Source: a candidate division WOR-3 bacterium (GTDB lineage: Bacteria; Hydrothermota; Hydrothermia; LBFQ01; DSFT01). From it: DNA of 14,082 nucleotides. The translations under genes and the position numbers were made by a program. Within the stretch, counting starts at the first letter, position 1. The number at the start of each line of letters is the position of its first letter. The notes beneath the pieces were generated by a model. That model worked only from the letters and a program-made list of their open reading frames with translations. It was not told the origin of the DNA and made no database searches. This document shows, piece after piece, positions 1 to 8,175 of this stretch. Location of the stretch: the NCBI GenBank assembly GCA_965649115.1, contig CBFGJN010000051.1, positions 1 to 14,082 of the forward strand. Reading direction: 5' to 3'.

Positions 1-339
1 CATATTTCGGCTTTGGGGGGCGAAGCCCCCCTAATAATCCCCCCAATAAATCAACAATTTCCTTAAAAATTTTATAAATTATTGATTATCAATCGCTTAA
101 CAATAATTATTGGACAAAGCATTGTTTTAGTGCTGTGTCTAGTAATTTTGAAATTTTTTCCCACCCACTAATGCCCCATTAAATAGCCCTCAATAAAACA
201 AAGAATTTTATTCTACCCTAAAATAAAGCCTGGGGCTTCGCCCCCCATTAAATAAATAATTCTAACAAAATTTTTATAAGTTATTGACTTCCAATCACTT
301 AACATCTATTATTTCGGCTATGGGGGGCAGAGCCCCCCA
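1..339. repeat. Mosaic intergenic repeat cluster (about 2 units, truncated at the window edge)
   Basis: 48-123 matches 8085-8160 at 68/76 nt. 191-223 is the exact reverse complement of 9321-9353 (33 nt). Contains A modules (107-123, 129-147), B palindromes (75-99, 277-301) and C hairpins (15-31, 232-244, 321-339). Confidence 0.92.
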
Positions 340-359
340 AAGCAAAAGAATAAGCAGTT

Positions 360-1265
360 TTACTTTAAATAATCATAAACATCCATTAGTCTTATGTTTT
401 TATAGCCCTTATCAATTAAATAATTTATAATTGTTTCAAGATTTTTTAGTAAGAATTTGCTATCATATGGGCTTAAATTTTCTATGACTTCAATATTATG
501 GAACATTATATTTATGAAAATTTTCTTATTCTTATATTTTTTTTCGTACTTTTCAACAGCAAACCTCATTTCCTCAAAATGGTAGTTTGAAGGTCTAACC
601 CATATATTTCCAAAGAATTTATTAAAGAGTTTTCTAATAAACCTAAAATTGTATAATTTTGAATTTCTAAAAATTTTATATAATTTTGGATTTCTTGAAT
701 AGACAGTTATTGGAACTTCAAGAATACCATTTACAAAGTATGGATAATCAGGTTTATCTGTATGGTCTATATCTGAAATTTTTGAGAATGGAACTACTGA
801 GCTATCAACCTTATAATTTAAAATTTTTAAAAACTTATAAGTTCTATCACTTATTGAAAAACGACCTGCCCTATAAGAAATTGGATTAAAATGGAAAGTT
901 TCTTTAAACAAATTCGTTAAATTTTTAAGCTTTTCAAATTCAATTTCATCATTATAACTACTTGTATATTCATTAGCCCACTCAACATCTTCTTTTTTAT
1001 TTGGTTCAATAAATTCTCCATGTAAATGTGTTCCAAGTTCAACACCCTTTTTTAACAAGTCTTTAAAAATTAAAACTGATTTTTCATCATAAATAACTTC
1101 TGGACTTAAAAGATATACTGCTTTAATGTTATATTTATCAAAAATTCTTTCTAATATATTTATTCCTTCATAAATACCGATGAAACTTAAAGGCTTGATA
1201 ACTTTCCAATTTCTATCTTTATCACATTCTGTATCTATTGAAATGATAAAGAATTTATTTTGCAT
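360..1265 (-). CDS. Polysaccharide deacetylase family protein (CE4/NodB fold, WalW-like)
   Basis: 301 aa with motifs IISIDTECD, ELGTHLH, SYRAGRF, VDSSVVP, LEVPIT and MFHN. Overlaps the end of the upstream phosphatase gene. Confidence 0.8.
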   Translation of the reverse strand: MQNKFFIISIDTECDKDRNWKVIKPLSFIGIYEGINILERIFDKYNIKAVYLLSPEVIYDEKSVLIFKDLLKKGVELGTHLHGEFIEPNKKEDVEWANEYTSSYNDEIEFEKLKNLTNLFKETFHFNPISYRAGRFSISDRTYKFLKILNYKVDSSVVPFSKISDIDHTDKPDYPYFVNGILEVPITVYSRNPKLYKIFRNSKLYNFRFIRKLFNKFFGNIWVRPSNYHFEEMRFAVEKYEKKYKNKKIFINIMFHNIEVIENLSPYDSKFLLKNLETIINYLIDKGYKNIRLMDVYDYLK

Positions 1266-2574
1266 TTATTTTTTCTTTTCTAAGTAAAACTCTTTCACCA
1301 TTCTCTTTTGTTCCATAAAAATAAATGTTTAAACTATCTTTATAGAAATCCAAAAGTACGTACCCTATATATTCAGAATTCATAAATTTTATATGTGGAT
1401 TTTGTTTTAAAATTGTATCACTTAGTGCCTTTAAACCACTTGGAGAACTTACACCTGCTGTTATAATTTCATAAGCAATAGTTTTTTTATTGTACATAAC
1501 TTCACCAAAATAAAATACATGCGTGTCTCCCGTTCCAAAAATAACATTTTTAATATCTTTTATATTTTTTAAGATTTCCATTTTTTCAAAATAATAGCCA
1601 TCCCATTGATCAACATTTAGTGGTTTATTATCTTTAAAAAAATCCATAAACATAACATCATTACCAATTAATTTCCAAATTGATTTTGAATTTCTTAAAC
1701 CATTTATTAACCAGTTTTTTTGTTCATTTCCAAGCATTGTTCTTCCCTCACTAAAAGCAACTTTATAGCAATTATCTTTTGGATTAAAAGCTGGCCTACA
1801 AGCCATTTCATCACGATATTGCCTTCCATCAATTAAAAAGATATCTATTAAATTAGCAACTTTAAAATTTCTATAAATTTTAAAACTATCATTATCTCTA
1901 ATTGGAAGGTACTCAAAGAAAGCCTTATAAGCATCATATAATTTTTTAGGATTGTAATATCTTATGGCTTTCCCTGCGTAGTCATTCATTACTTCATGGT
2001 CGTCCCAAATAGCATATATTGGTATTTTTGATAAGGCTGATTTTAGAAATGTATCACTATGAGCTAATTTATATTTACTTCTATATGTTTCTAAATTTTG
2101 TGCATATAAGGTTGGGTCTGCTCTTCTTGGATTTCTATAAACATTAAATTCATATATAAAATCACCTAAAAATAAAATCATATCAACACTATCGTCAATT
2201 AAGTACTTATAAGCCCAAAAGTAATTTTCTGAAAAGTGCTGACAAGATAATAGTGCAATTCTAAAATGATTAGTTTCTCTCGGCAGTGTCTTAGTTCTTC
2301 CTATTGGACTATATTTATCTTTGTATTTAAATCTATAAAAGTAAGTTCTTCCTGGTTCAAGTCCATCAATTAAAACTTTTATTGTCCAATCCTTTGAACT
2401 ATCTGTAATAACTTTGCCAGTTTTCACAATTTTATTAAATAAACTATCTTCTGAAATTTCATATATAACTTCTGCTTTTGAATAAGCATCAACTCTTGTC
2501 CATATTATAACTGAATTTGTATCTGCGTCGCCAGAAGCAACGGAATAGTTAAAGTAGAAAAAGAGATATGACAA
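1255..2574 (-). CDS. phoD: Alkaline phosphatase D family metallophosphatase
   Basis: Motifs SVASGD, IIWTR, GRTKTLP, LGDFIYE, IWDDHEV.ND, IDGRQYR, TMLG.EQ..WL, DQWDGY and TGDTH. TTG start. Confidence 0.92.
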   Translation of the reverse strand: MSYLFFYFNYSVASGDADTNSVIIWTRVDAYSKAEVIYEISEDSLFNKIVKTGKVITDSSKDWTIKVLIDGLEPGRTYFYRFKYKDKYSPIGRTKTLPRETNHFRIALLSCQHFSENYFWAYKYLIDDSVDMILFLGDFIYEFNVYRNPRRADPTLYAQNLETYRSKYKLAHSDTFLKSALSKIPIYAIWDDHEVMNDYAGKAIRYYNPKKLYDAYKAFFEYLPIRDNDSFKIYRNFKVANLIDIFLIDGRQYRDEMACRPAFNPKDNCYKVAFSEGRTMLGNEQKNWLINGLRNSKSIWKLIGNDVMFMDFFKDNKPLNVDQWDGYYFEKMEILKNIKDIKNVIFGTGDTHVFYFGEVMYNKKTIAYEIITAGVSSPSGLKALSDTILKQNPHIKFMNSEYIGYVLLDFYKDSLNIYFYGTKENGERVLLRKEKINAK

Positions 2575-2577
2575 GGC

Positions 2578-2591
2578 TTTAAAATTTTAAA
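2578..2591. promoter_or_regulatory. Palindromic bidirectional -10-like element TTTAAAATTTTAAA
   Basis: Perfect 14-bp palindrome in the 18-bp gap between divergent phoD and lepB. It gives TAAAAT on both strands, 7 nt (lepB) and 9 nt (phoD) before the start codons. Confidence 0.6.
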
Positions 2592-2592
2592 C

Positions 2593-3252
2593 TTGAAAAA
2601 GAAAAGTTTAAGAGAAAAAATAGAAGGTTGGATTTGGACAATTGTTATTGTTTTGATTTTAAGGGAATCCGTTGTTCAAGCATATTTAATTCCTTCGGGT
2701 TCTATGGAAGACACATTACTTCCTGGTGATTTTGTTCTTGCTACAAAATTTGATTATGGTTTAAAAATACCTTTTACTGATATTAAATTGTTTTCAGGGA
2801 AATTACCAAAAAGGGGTGAAATTGTTATTTTTACTTATCCCATTGATAAGAATAAGGATTTTGTTAAGAGGGTTATTGCTCTTCCTGGCGATACCATTGA
2901 AATTAGGAACAAAGTTGTTTATGTAAATAATAAACCTTTGTTTGAACCATATGTAGTTTATAAAGATAGCTATTATTATAAATCTATTGATATTGATAAA
3001 GAAAACTTTCAAAAGCTTTGGTTAAGTGGTGCTTTTGCTAGTGGTCAAAAGTTCGTTCGTGATAATTTTGGACCTATTGTTGTTCCAAAAAATACTGTTT
3101 TTGTAATGGGGGATAATAGAGATTATTCATTTGATTCAAGATTTTGGGGTCCTTTGGATATAAAGTACTTAAAAGGAAAACCAAGAATAATATATTTTTC
3201 TTGGGGTGAAAAAGGTCCAAGATTTAATAGAATTTTTAGGATAATAGGATGA
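2593..3252 (+). CDS. lepB: Signal peptidase I
   Basis: N-terminal TM helix, IPSGSMEDTL (catalytic Ser), FVKRVIALPGD (catalytic Lys) and VMGDNRDYSFDSRFWG. Confidence 0.97.
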   Translation: MKKKSLREKIEGWIWTIVIVLILRESVVQAYLIPSGSMEDTLLPGDFVLATKFDYGLKIPFTDIKLFSGKLPKRGEIVIFTYPIDKNKDFVKRVIALPGDTIEIRNKVVYVNNKPLFEPYVVYKDSYYYKSIDIDKENFQKLWLSGAFASGQKFVRDNFGPIVVPKNTVFVMGDNRDYSFDSRFWGPLDIKYLKGKPRIIYFSWGEKGPRFNRIFRIIG

Positions 3253-3443
3253 AGTTAGAAAAAATTTTAGATAATTTTCAAGAGAACTTTCGCAATTACT
3301 TAAAGGAAAGAAAAATTTCACAAATTTATAAGAAAATTGGTGAATATATTTATGAAATTTATAAGTCAGGTGAAATTATTGATGATAAGAATTTGTTAAA
3401 GCTTTTAAAGAAAATAGATGAAATAAACAAAGATGAGAAGTAA
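3249..3443 (+). CDS. Small hypothetical protein (64 aa, helical and charged)
   Basis: ATGA overlap with the lepB stop and overlap with the next gene. Fills the operon gap. Confidence 0.65.
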   Translation: MKLEKILDNFQENFRNYLKERKISQIYKKIGEYIYEIYKSGEIIDDKNLLKLLKKIDEINKDEK

Positions 3444-3894
3444 ATTTCTAATTTTAATTTTGCTTTTTGGCTGTTCATTTATTCAAGAAAGGATAAATGT
3501 AAAAAATTTAAAATTCACTTATAGAAGTGCCACAATTGAAGCTCTAACACTTGATAGAATTAACTTCATCGTTGATCTTGAAGCATATAATCCAAATCAA
3601 GTAGATGCAGTTATAGATAAACTTGATTATGTGATATATTTTGAAGGATATAGGGCGATAAGTGGCTCTACAAATCAAGAGTACGAAATTAAGGCAAATG
3701 GTAGAAAAATCATAACACTAAATGGTTATATTTTATTTGCGGATTTACCTGATTTATTTAAAGCAATTAAATCTTCTTATGGTAAAAGTAGAGTTAGAAT
3801 AACAGCAGAGATAAGGCCAGAGGTTAAAACGATTATAGGAAAGTTTAAATACACTGTTAAATTAGACGAATACATACCCCTTAATTGGAAATGA
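3433..3894 (+). CDS. LEA_2/WHy-domain lipoprotein
   Basis: Signal peptide with lipobox LLFGC. The L.AYNPN....I..LDY.IY pattern is typical of the LEA_2/WHy fold. Confidence 0.75.
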   Translation: MRSKFLILILLFGCSFIQERINVKNLKFTYRSATIEALTLDRINFIVDLEAYNPNQVDAVIDKLDYVIYFEGYRAISGSTNQEYEIKANGRKIITLNGYILFADLPDLFKAIKSSYGKSRVRITAEIRPEVKTIIGKFKYTVKLDEYIPLNWK

Positions 3895-4376
3895 TTTTTT
3901 TAACTTTCCTTCTATCAAAGAGTGATATTTTAAAAATTAGTGATGAAATTGTTTATTCTATTAAGAATGGGGACTTTAAAGCAGTTATGAAATACGGGGA
4001 TAAGAGGGGTATCATATTTTCAATAAATGCAATTATTGATAGCTTTGATCCCAAAATTCCTCCTCAAAAGTTAAAATTCATTTTAAATGATACTACAAAA
4101 CTATTTTGGGGATATGAAATTTCTTCGGGAAAAGAAGTTTATATGACTTTTAATGAATTTTATAATAGGTTTTTGAAAAAAAATTATTTAAAGGGCACAA
4201 AGTTAGTTAATAGAATTTCAGATAAAAAAACAAAAACGAATATAAGCGAGTTTTTCAAAGATGTTCAATTCGTTGAATATACAATAAAAAATAATGATTA
4301 TGATTTTAATAGTTTAATTATTGTTTTTTCAAAAGGTGTTTTATCCGCTATTCTTTTTAATAAATGGGCTCCTTGA
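3891..4376 (+). CDS. Hypothetical, probably exported protein
   Basis: The ORF track starts at TTG 3885, but ATG 3891 makes an ATGA overlap with the upstream stop and is preferred. Hydrophobic N-terminus. Confidence 0.7.
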   Translation: MIFLTFLLSKSDILKISDEIVYSIKNGDFKAVMKYGDKRGIIFSINAIIDSFDPKIPPQKLKFILNDTTKLFWGYEISSGKEVYMTFNEFYNRFLKKNYLKGTKLVNRISDKKTKTNISEFFKDVQFVEYTIKNNDYDFNSLIIVFSKGVLSAILFNKWAP

Positions 4377-4707
4377 TGTTCTTTTCAATTTTCTCTTGAC
4401 TTCTTCTTGCATTTATTATTCTACTATCAATATATGCATCAACTATTGAAAACATTTTAATGCCCAGAAATGTTATAAAATAACTAATGCTTGACCAATA
4501 GTAATTTTCTTGTTTCGTTGTATTGTATTTATAGGTATTATATAAGAATAGTGAAAAGCTTGAAATGTCAATTAATGATATTATTGAACCTTTTAATGTT
4601 TTTTTGTTATAAAATTGACCTCCTCCTGGAATAAATGTTGATAATAAAACTGCTTTTTTTGGAGATTTATAATTTAAGGTATCTAAATTAAGAAGAATAA
4701 TTAACAT
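4357..4707 (-). CDS. Membrane protein, DUF5683/TM2-like
   Basis: SPKKAVLLSTFIPGGGQFYNKK and SIVDAYID motifs with hydrophobic segments. Starts 2 nt after the fumC stop. Confidence 0.75.
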   Translation of the reverse strand: MLIILLNLDTLNYKSPKKAVLLSTFIPGGGQFYNKKTLKGSIISLIDISSFSLFLYNTYKYNTTKQENYYWSSISYFITFLGIKMFSIVDAYIDSRIINARRSQEKIEKNIKEPIY

Positions 4708-4709
4708 TA

Positions 4710-6092
4710 TTAAGGTTTTATTAGTTTATTAAGGTCAAAAATTTTTTCAGCTTCTTCCTTACTTAAATAACCCATTTCTACAACAATTTCTTTAACACTT
4801 CTTTTTTCTTTCAATGCTCTTTTGACAACTTCTGCTGATTTATCATATCCTATAATTGGATTTAAAATTGTTGCTATAATTGGATTTCTATATAATAATT
4901 CTTCAACATGTTCTTTATTTACAATAAAATCTTTTATACATTTATCTGCAAGAACATGACAAGCATTTGTAAGAATTTCTATTGAATTCAAGATGTTATA
5001 AATCATAATTGGCATCATTACATTTAATTCAAATTCTCCAAGACTATTGCTAATTGTAATTGATAAGTCATTTGCTATTACTTGAACTCCAACCATTCTA
5101 ACTGCTTCTGGAATAACAGGATTTACTTTTCCTGGCATTATTGAAGAGCCTGGTTGTAATTCAGGAAGGATAATTTCAGAAAAACCTGCTATTGGTCCGC
5201 TATTCATGAGCCTTAAATCATTAGAAATTTTAATTAAGTTTGTTGCTAAAATTTTTAATGCAGATGAAAGCTCTAATATACTATCCCTACTTGATTGTGC
5301 TTCAAAATGATTGTTTGCTTCAATAAAGTCTAAATTTAATAACTGAGATAGTTTTTCTGCCACCTTCTTTCCAAAACTAGGATGAGTATTTATTCCTGTT
5401 CCAACTGCTGTCCCACCGATAGCAAGTTCCCTTAATCTTATAAATGTTGATTCAATTCTATGTTTGGCATATAAAATTTGTGTTGCCCATCCACTTAACT
5501 CTTGCTCAAAGCTTATTGGCATTGCATCCATTAAATGAGTTCTTCCTGTTTTAATAATATCTTTCAGCTCTAATGATTTTTTAATTATTATCTGATATAA
5601 ATGTTCAATTGAAGGAATTAATTTATATTTTGTCTCATAATAGGCAGAAACATTCATTGCGGTTGGTATTACATCGTTTGATGATTGTCCCATATTTACA
5701 TGGTCATTTGGATGAACTGGTTCTTTTGTTATTCTTTTTCCTGTTAAAATTTCATTTGCTCTTGTTGAGATTACTTCATTTATATTCATGTTTGTTGATG
5801 TTGCAGAACCTGTTTGGAAAATATCTAATGGAAATTGGTCATCAAATTTTCCTTCTATAATTTCATTTATAGCTTGTTTGATTGCATTATAAAAATTTTG
5901 CGGTATTTTTCCAAGTTCATAATTTACTTCTAAGCATGCTAATTTTACATATGCAAGAGCTTTTATAAAGCTTTTGGGAAACTTTAAATTACTTATTTGA
6001 AAATTCTCTAATGCTCTTTGAGTTTGTGCTCCCCAATATGCATTTTCGGGAACTCTAACTTCACCAAGTGTGTCTTTTTCAATCCTTTCCAT
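4710..6092 (-). CDS. fumC: Class II fumarate hydratase
   Basis: WGAQTQRA, QTGS.TSTNMN, HPNDHVNMGQSSND, KTGRTHLMDA and the GSSIMPGKVNP signature. SD AGGAG upstream. Confidence 0.95.
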   Translation of the reverse strand: MERIEKDTLGEVRVPENAYWGAQTQRALENFQISNLKFPKSFIKALAYVKLACLEVNYELGKIPQNFYNAIKQAINEIIEGKFDDQFPLDIFQTGSATSTNMNINEVISTRANEILTGKRITKEPVHPNDHVNMGQSSNDVIPTAMNVSAYYETKYKLIPSIEHLYQIIIKKSLELKDIIKTGRTHLMDAMPISFEQELSGWATQILYAKHRIESTFIRLRELAIGGTAVGTGINTHPSFGKKVAEKLSQLLNLDFIEANNHFEAQSSRDSILELSSALKILATNLIKISNDLRLMNSGPIAGFSEIILPELQPGSSIMPGKVNPVIPEAVRMVGVQVIANDLSITISNSLGEFELNVMMPIMIYNILNSIEILTNACHVLADKCIKDFIVNKEHVEELLYRNPIIATILNPIIGYDKSAEVVKRALKEKRSVKEIVVEMGYLSKEEAEKIFDLNKLIKP

Positions 6093-6342
6093 CTTCTCCT
6101 AAAATTTTTTTAAGTTCTTCTTGATTTTTCGATAAGTATAAGGCATATCCTTTTAGTAAATTTAAATCAATTTTTCTTGGTATTTCTTTTATTGTTTTTT
6201 TTGAATACTTAATATAATCTGGACCAATAGCACTGATTTCTTTCACTTCAATTTCAATTGGTTTTTTAAGCATTAGAAGTTTGTTTATGATTTTTCTTAT
6301 AAGAATGGAAGATAAAATATCTTTAAAAGGGTCAAAATTCAT
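6079..6342 (-). CDS. Hypothetical protein (87 aa), first gene of the fumC operon
   Basis: ATG start 7 nt after a TAAAAT box. Overlaps the fumC start and contains its SD. Confidence 0.7.
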   Translation of the reverse strand: MNFDPFKDILSSILIRKIINKLLMLKKPIEIEVKEISAIGPDYIKYSKKTIKEIPRKIDLNLLKGYALYLSKNQEELKKILGEDGKD

Positions 6343-6343
6343 A

Positions 6344-6357
6344 TTTAAAATTTTAAA
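6344..6357 (-). promoter_or_regulatory. -10-like box TTTAAAATTTTAAA (putative leaderless promoter)
   Basis: Same 14-bp palindrome as 2578-2591. Minus-strand TAAAAT at 6350-6355. Confidence 0.55.
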
Positions 6358-6374
6358 GGATAGTTTGTATTATT

Positions 6375-6474
6375 ATTGCTTTGTCTAGTAATTCCAAAAC
6401 TATTTATTTTTCTATACTTTTCCCGCAAGGGGACTAATGCTCCTCTTAAATCTCCTTTGATAATCAACAATTTA
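6375..6474. repeat. Mosaic repeat unit, left flank of the R-M cassette
   Basis: A module ATTGCTTTGTCTAGTAATT at 6375-6393. 6390-6426 resembles the reverse complement of 9512-9547. Partial B module TTGA-TAA-TCAACAATTTA at 6457-6474. Confidence 0.85.
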
Positions 6475-6477
6475 ATG

Positions 6478-7215
6478 CTATTTATTAAGAAATTCTTTTA
6501 TTTTAGCTAATAATGAAGAGAAGGAACCAACACCGTTTTGCTTTGGTAAATTATTTAAAACATAAATTCCACCACTAATATAGTAATCATCATTTATAAG
6601 ATAAACTTCAAGTTGTTTTGTAGGTGAAACTTTATCACCAGAAAAATCCTTATTTTCAGCTAAATCAAAACAAACAAAAGCATATTTAAAATTTGGTTTT
6701 TCATATGTATATCTATTTCCGTATTTTAATTTTAAAACTCTATCATCAAAGATAAAAAGGTGGCTTAAAAATTGGCCTATCCTTTCTCTGGCTGTCCCTT
6801 TGACAGAAATTAGAAAGACTCTATCATCTAAATTACTTGAATAAACAATTAGATCTTTATCTATATTCTTTTTTGAATTTGTATTAATTCTCTTAATGGC
6901 TATCTTTTTAACTAACAATTTTATTTCATTATTTTCTATTTCTTTCAATGTTTTAGCACATTTTATATGATTATACCCTTTACATTTTGAAAAATGGTTG
7001 TTTATTAATTCTTTTAAAATTTCCTCAAATATCTTACCTCTAAAAACATCCAATTTCGCTCTTTTAATTCTAGCACTTTCAGCACTATTAAAATTTTCTG
7101 CAATTATTCGGTCAATCTCATCACTATTTATAATCTCATTAAAATTATTACCTACCCATTCTGCTCCCTTTTCCCTTATCTTTTCTCTTATTAAATTCAA
7201 AATTCTTTCTTTCAT
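6478..7215 (-). CDS. Putative type II restriction endonuclease (PD-(D/E)xK fold; BsaWI/Cfr10I/EcoRII-like motif)
   Basis: GKIFEEIL, DKDLIVY and ISVKGTARERIGQ (S-x-K-x-T-x-RER). ATGA-coupled to a DNA methyltransferase. Confidence 0.7.
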   Translation of the reverse strand: MKERILNLIREKIREKGAEWVGNNFNEIINSDEIDRIIAENFNSAESARIKRAKLDVFRGKIFEEILKELINNHFSKCKGYNHIKCAKTLKEIENNEIKLLVKKIAIKRINTNSKKNIDKDLIVYSSNLDDRVFLISVKGTARERIGQFLSHLFIFDDRVLKLKYGNRYTYEKPNFKYAFVCFDLAENKDFSGDKVSPTKQLEVYLINDDYYISGGIYVLNNLPKQNGVGSFSSLLAKIKEFLNK

Positions 7216-7991
7216 TTCAAAAATAAATCAATATAAGCACTTTTTATTCTTTTAATAGCAAAATCATAAGCTCTTTTAGAATTATCAATATATATACTTC
7301 TTCTTCCTGTTTTAGCACAAACGTAGTTTGTAGTTCCAGAGCCACCAAAAGGGTCTAAAACCAAATCTCCTTTATAGGTATAAAATTTTATAATTCTATA
7401 AGCAAGTTCTTCGGGAAATGGTGCAGGACAAGCGTCTAAAATCTCTTTTCTTGTTTCCGGTTTTATATCCCATAAGCTCAAAGAAAATTTAATAAACTCT
7501 TCTTTCGTAATATCTACATTTTCCTTTAAACCTTCGTGTTTTTTAAATTTTTTATTAAAAACTAAAATAAATTCATAAGGTTGAATAACATAAGGATCAG
7601 AAGGACTTGAAAAACTACCCCAAGCAGTTCTTTTTGAAACTTGATGTTTGAACCAAATAATATCATTTCTAATTTTAAAGCCTATTTTATGAGCTATATT
7701 TATGACATCATTAAATAACGGTTTGTATTCACCTTCTGCTGTTATTGAAGGAATGTTAATTGCTAACCTACCATCATCTTTTATAACTCTATAAAGCTCC
7801 TTTAAAACTTCCTCTAAAAACTTTAAATAATTTTCATAACTTAAATTATCATTCCAATTTTCATAATTTATTCCGACGTTGTACGGAGGAGAAGTAAAAA
7901 CCAGATCAACAATATTATCTCTAATATCCTTTAAACATTCCAAAACATCTCCAAGATAGAAGATATGTTCTCTGTAAAATTCTTTAATCAT
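7212..7991 (-). CDS. Site-specific DNA methyltransferase, beta class (N4-cytosine/N6-adenine family; SPPY suggests m4C)
   Basis: Motif IV FTSPPYN near the N-terminus, APFPEEL, and motif I VLDPFGGSGTT near the C-terminus. Confidence 0.93.
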   Translation of the reverse strand: MIKEFYREHIFYLGDVLECLKDIRDNIVDLVFTSPPYNVGINYENWNDNLSYENYLKFLEEVLKELYRVIKDDGRLAINIPSITAEGEYKPLFNDVINIAHKIGFKIRNDIIWFKHQVSKRTAWGSFSSPSDPYVIQPYEFILVFNKKFKKHEGLKENVDITKEEFIKFSLSLWDIKPETRKEILDACPAPFPEELAYRIIKFYTYKGDLVLDPFGGSGTTNYVCAKTGRRSIYIDNSKRAYDFAIKRIKSAYIDLFLK

Positions 7992-8024
7992 AATTAGTAA
8001 AATTTTAAAGTTAAATTAAAGATT

Positions 8025-8160
8025 ATTTCTTATTTTGCCCGCCCACCCTGAAAATAAGGCTTCGCCCCCCTATAATCCCCCATAAAATCAATAATTTCTT
8101 TAAAAATTTTATAAGTTATTGACTATCAATCACTTAACATCATTTATTGGACAAAGCATT
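8025..8160. repeat. Mosaic repeat unit, right flank of the R-M cassette
   Basis: 8085-8160 matches 48-123 (68/76). The reverse complement of 8025-8064 resembles 9310-9329 and 9505-9528. B palindrome at 8112-8136 and inverted A module at 8144-8160. Confidence 0.92.
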
Positions 8161-8175
8161 AAAATTTAATATATT

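Noticed and set aside
321..339. Intrinsic terminator for the phoD-deacetylase operon
   Set aside because: The hairpin is well placed but has no U-tract on the minus strand (it is followed by AGCCGAAAT) and is a repeat-family module, so it is not called as a terminator.
686..889. 67-aa + strand ORF
   Set aside because: Antisense shadow inside the deacetylase gene, with no motifs.
2803..3012. 69-aa - strand ORF
   Set aside because: Antisense to lepB, with composition typical of a shadow frame.
5609..5860. 83-aa + strand ORF
   Set aside because: Antisense inside fumC.
6998..7255. 85-aa + strand ORF as a possible R-M controller protein
   Set aside because: Antisense to the REase and MTase, F/S/L/I-rich shadow, and no HTH pattern.
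8112..8136. Module B as an FNR/CRP box
   Set aside because: The FNR box is TTGAT-N4-ATCAA, whereas here TTGA and TCAA are only 3 nt apart.
6369..8166. Target-site duplication around the A-bounded cassette
   Set aside because: The flanks ATTATTAT and TTAAAATT do not match. The flanks of unit 9399-9560 do not match either.
6343..8175. Integron attC or Xer/dif-module interpretation of the R-M flanks
   Set aside because: No RYYYAAC...GTTRRRY-bounded hairpin, no 11-6-11 dif geometry (module B is 11-3-11) and no integrase in the window.
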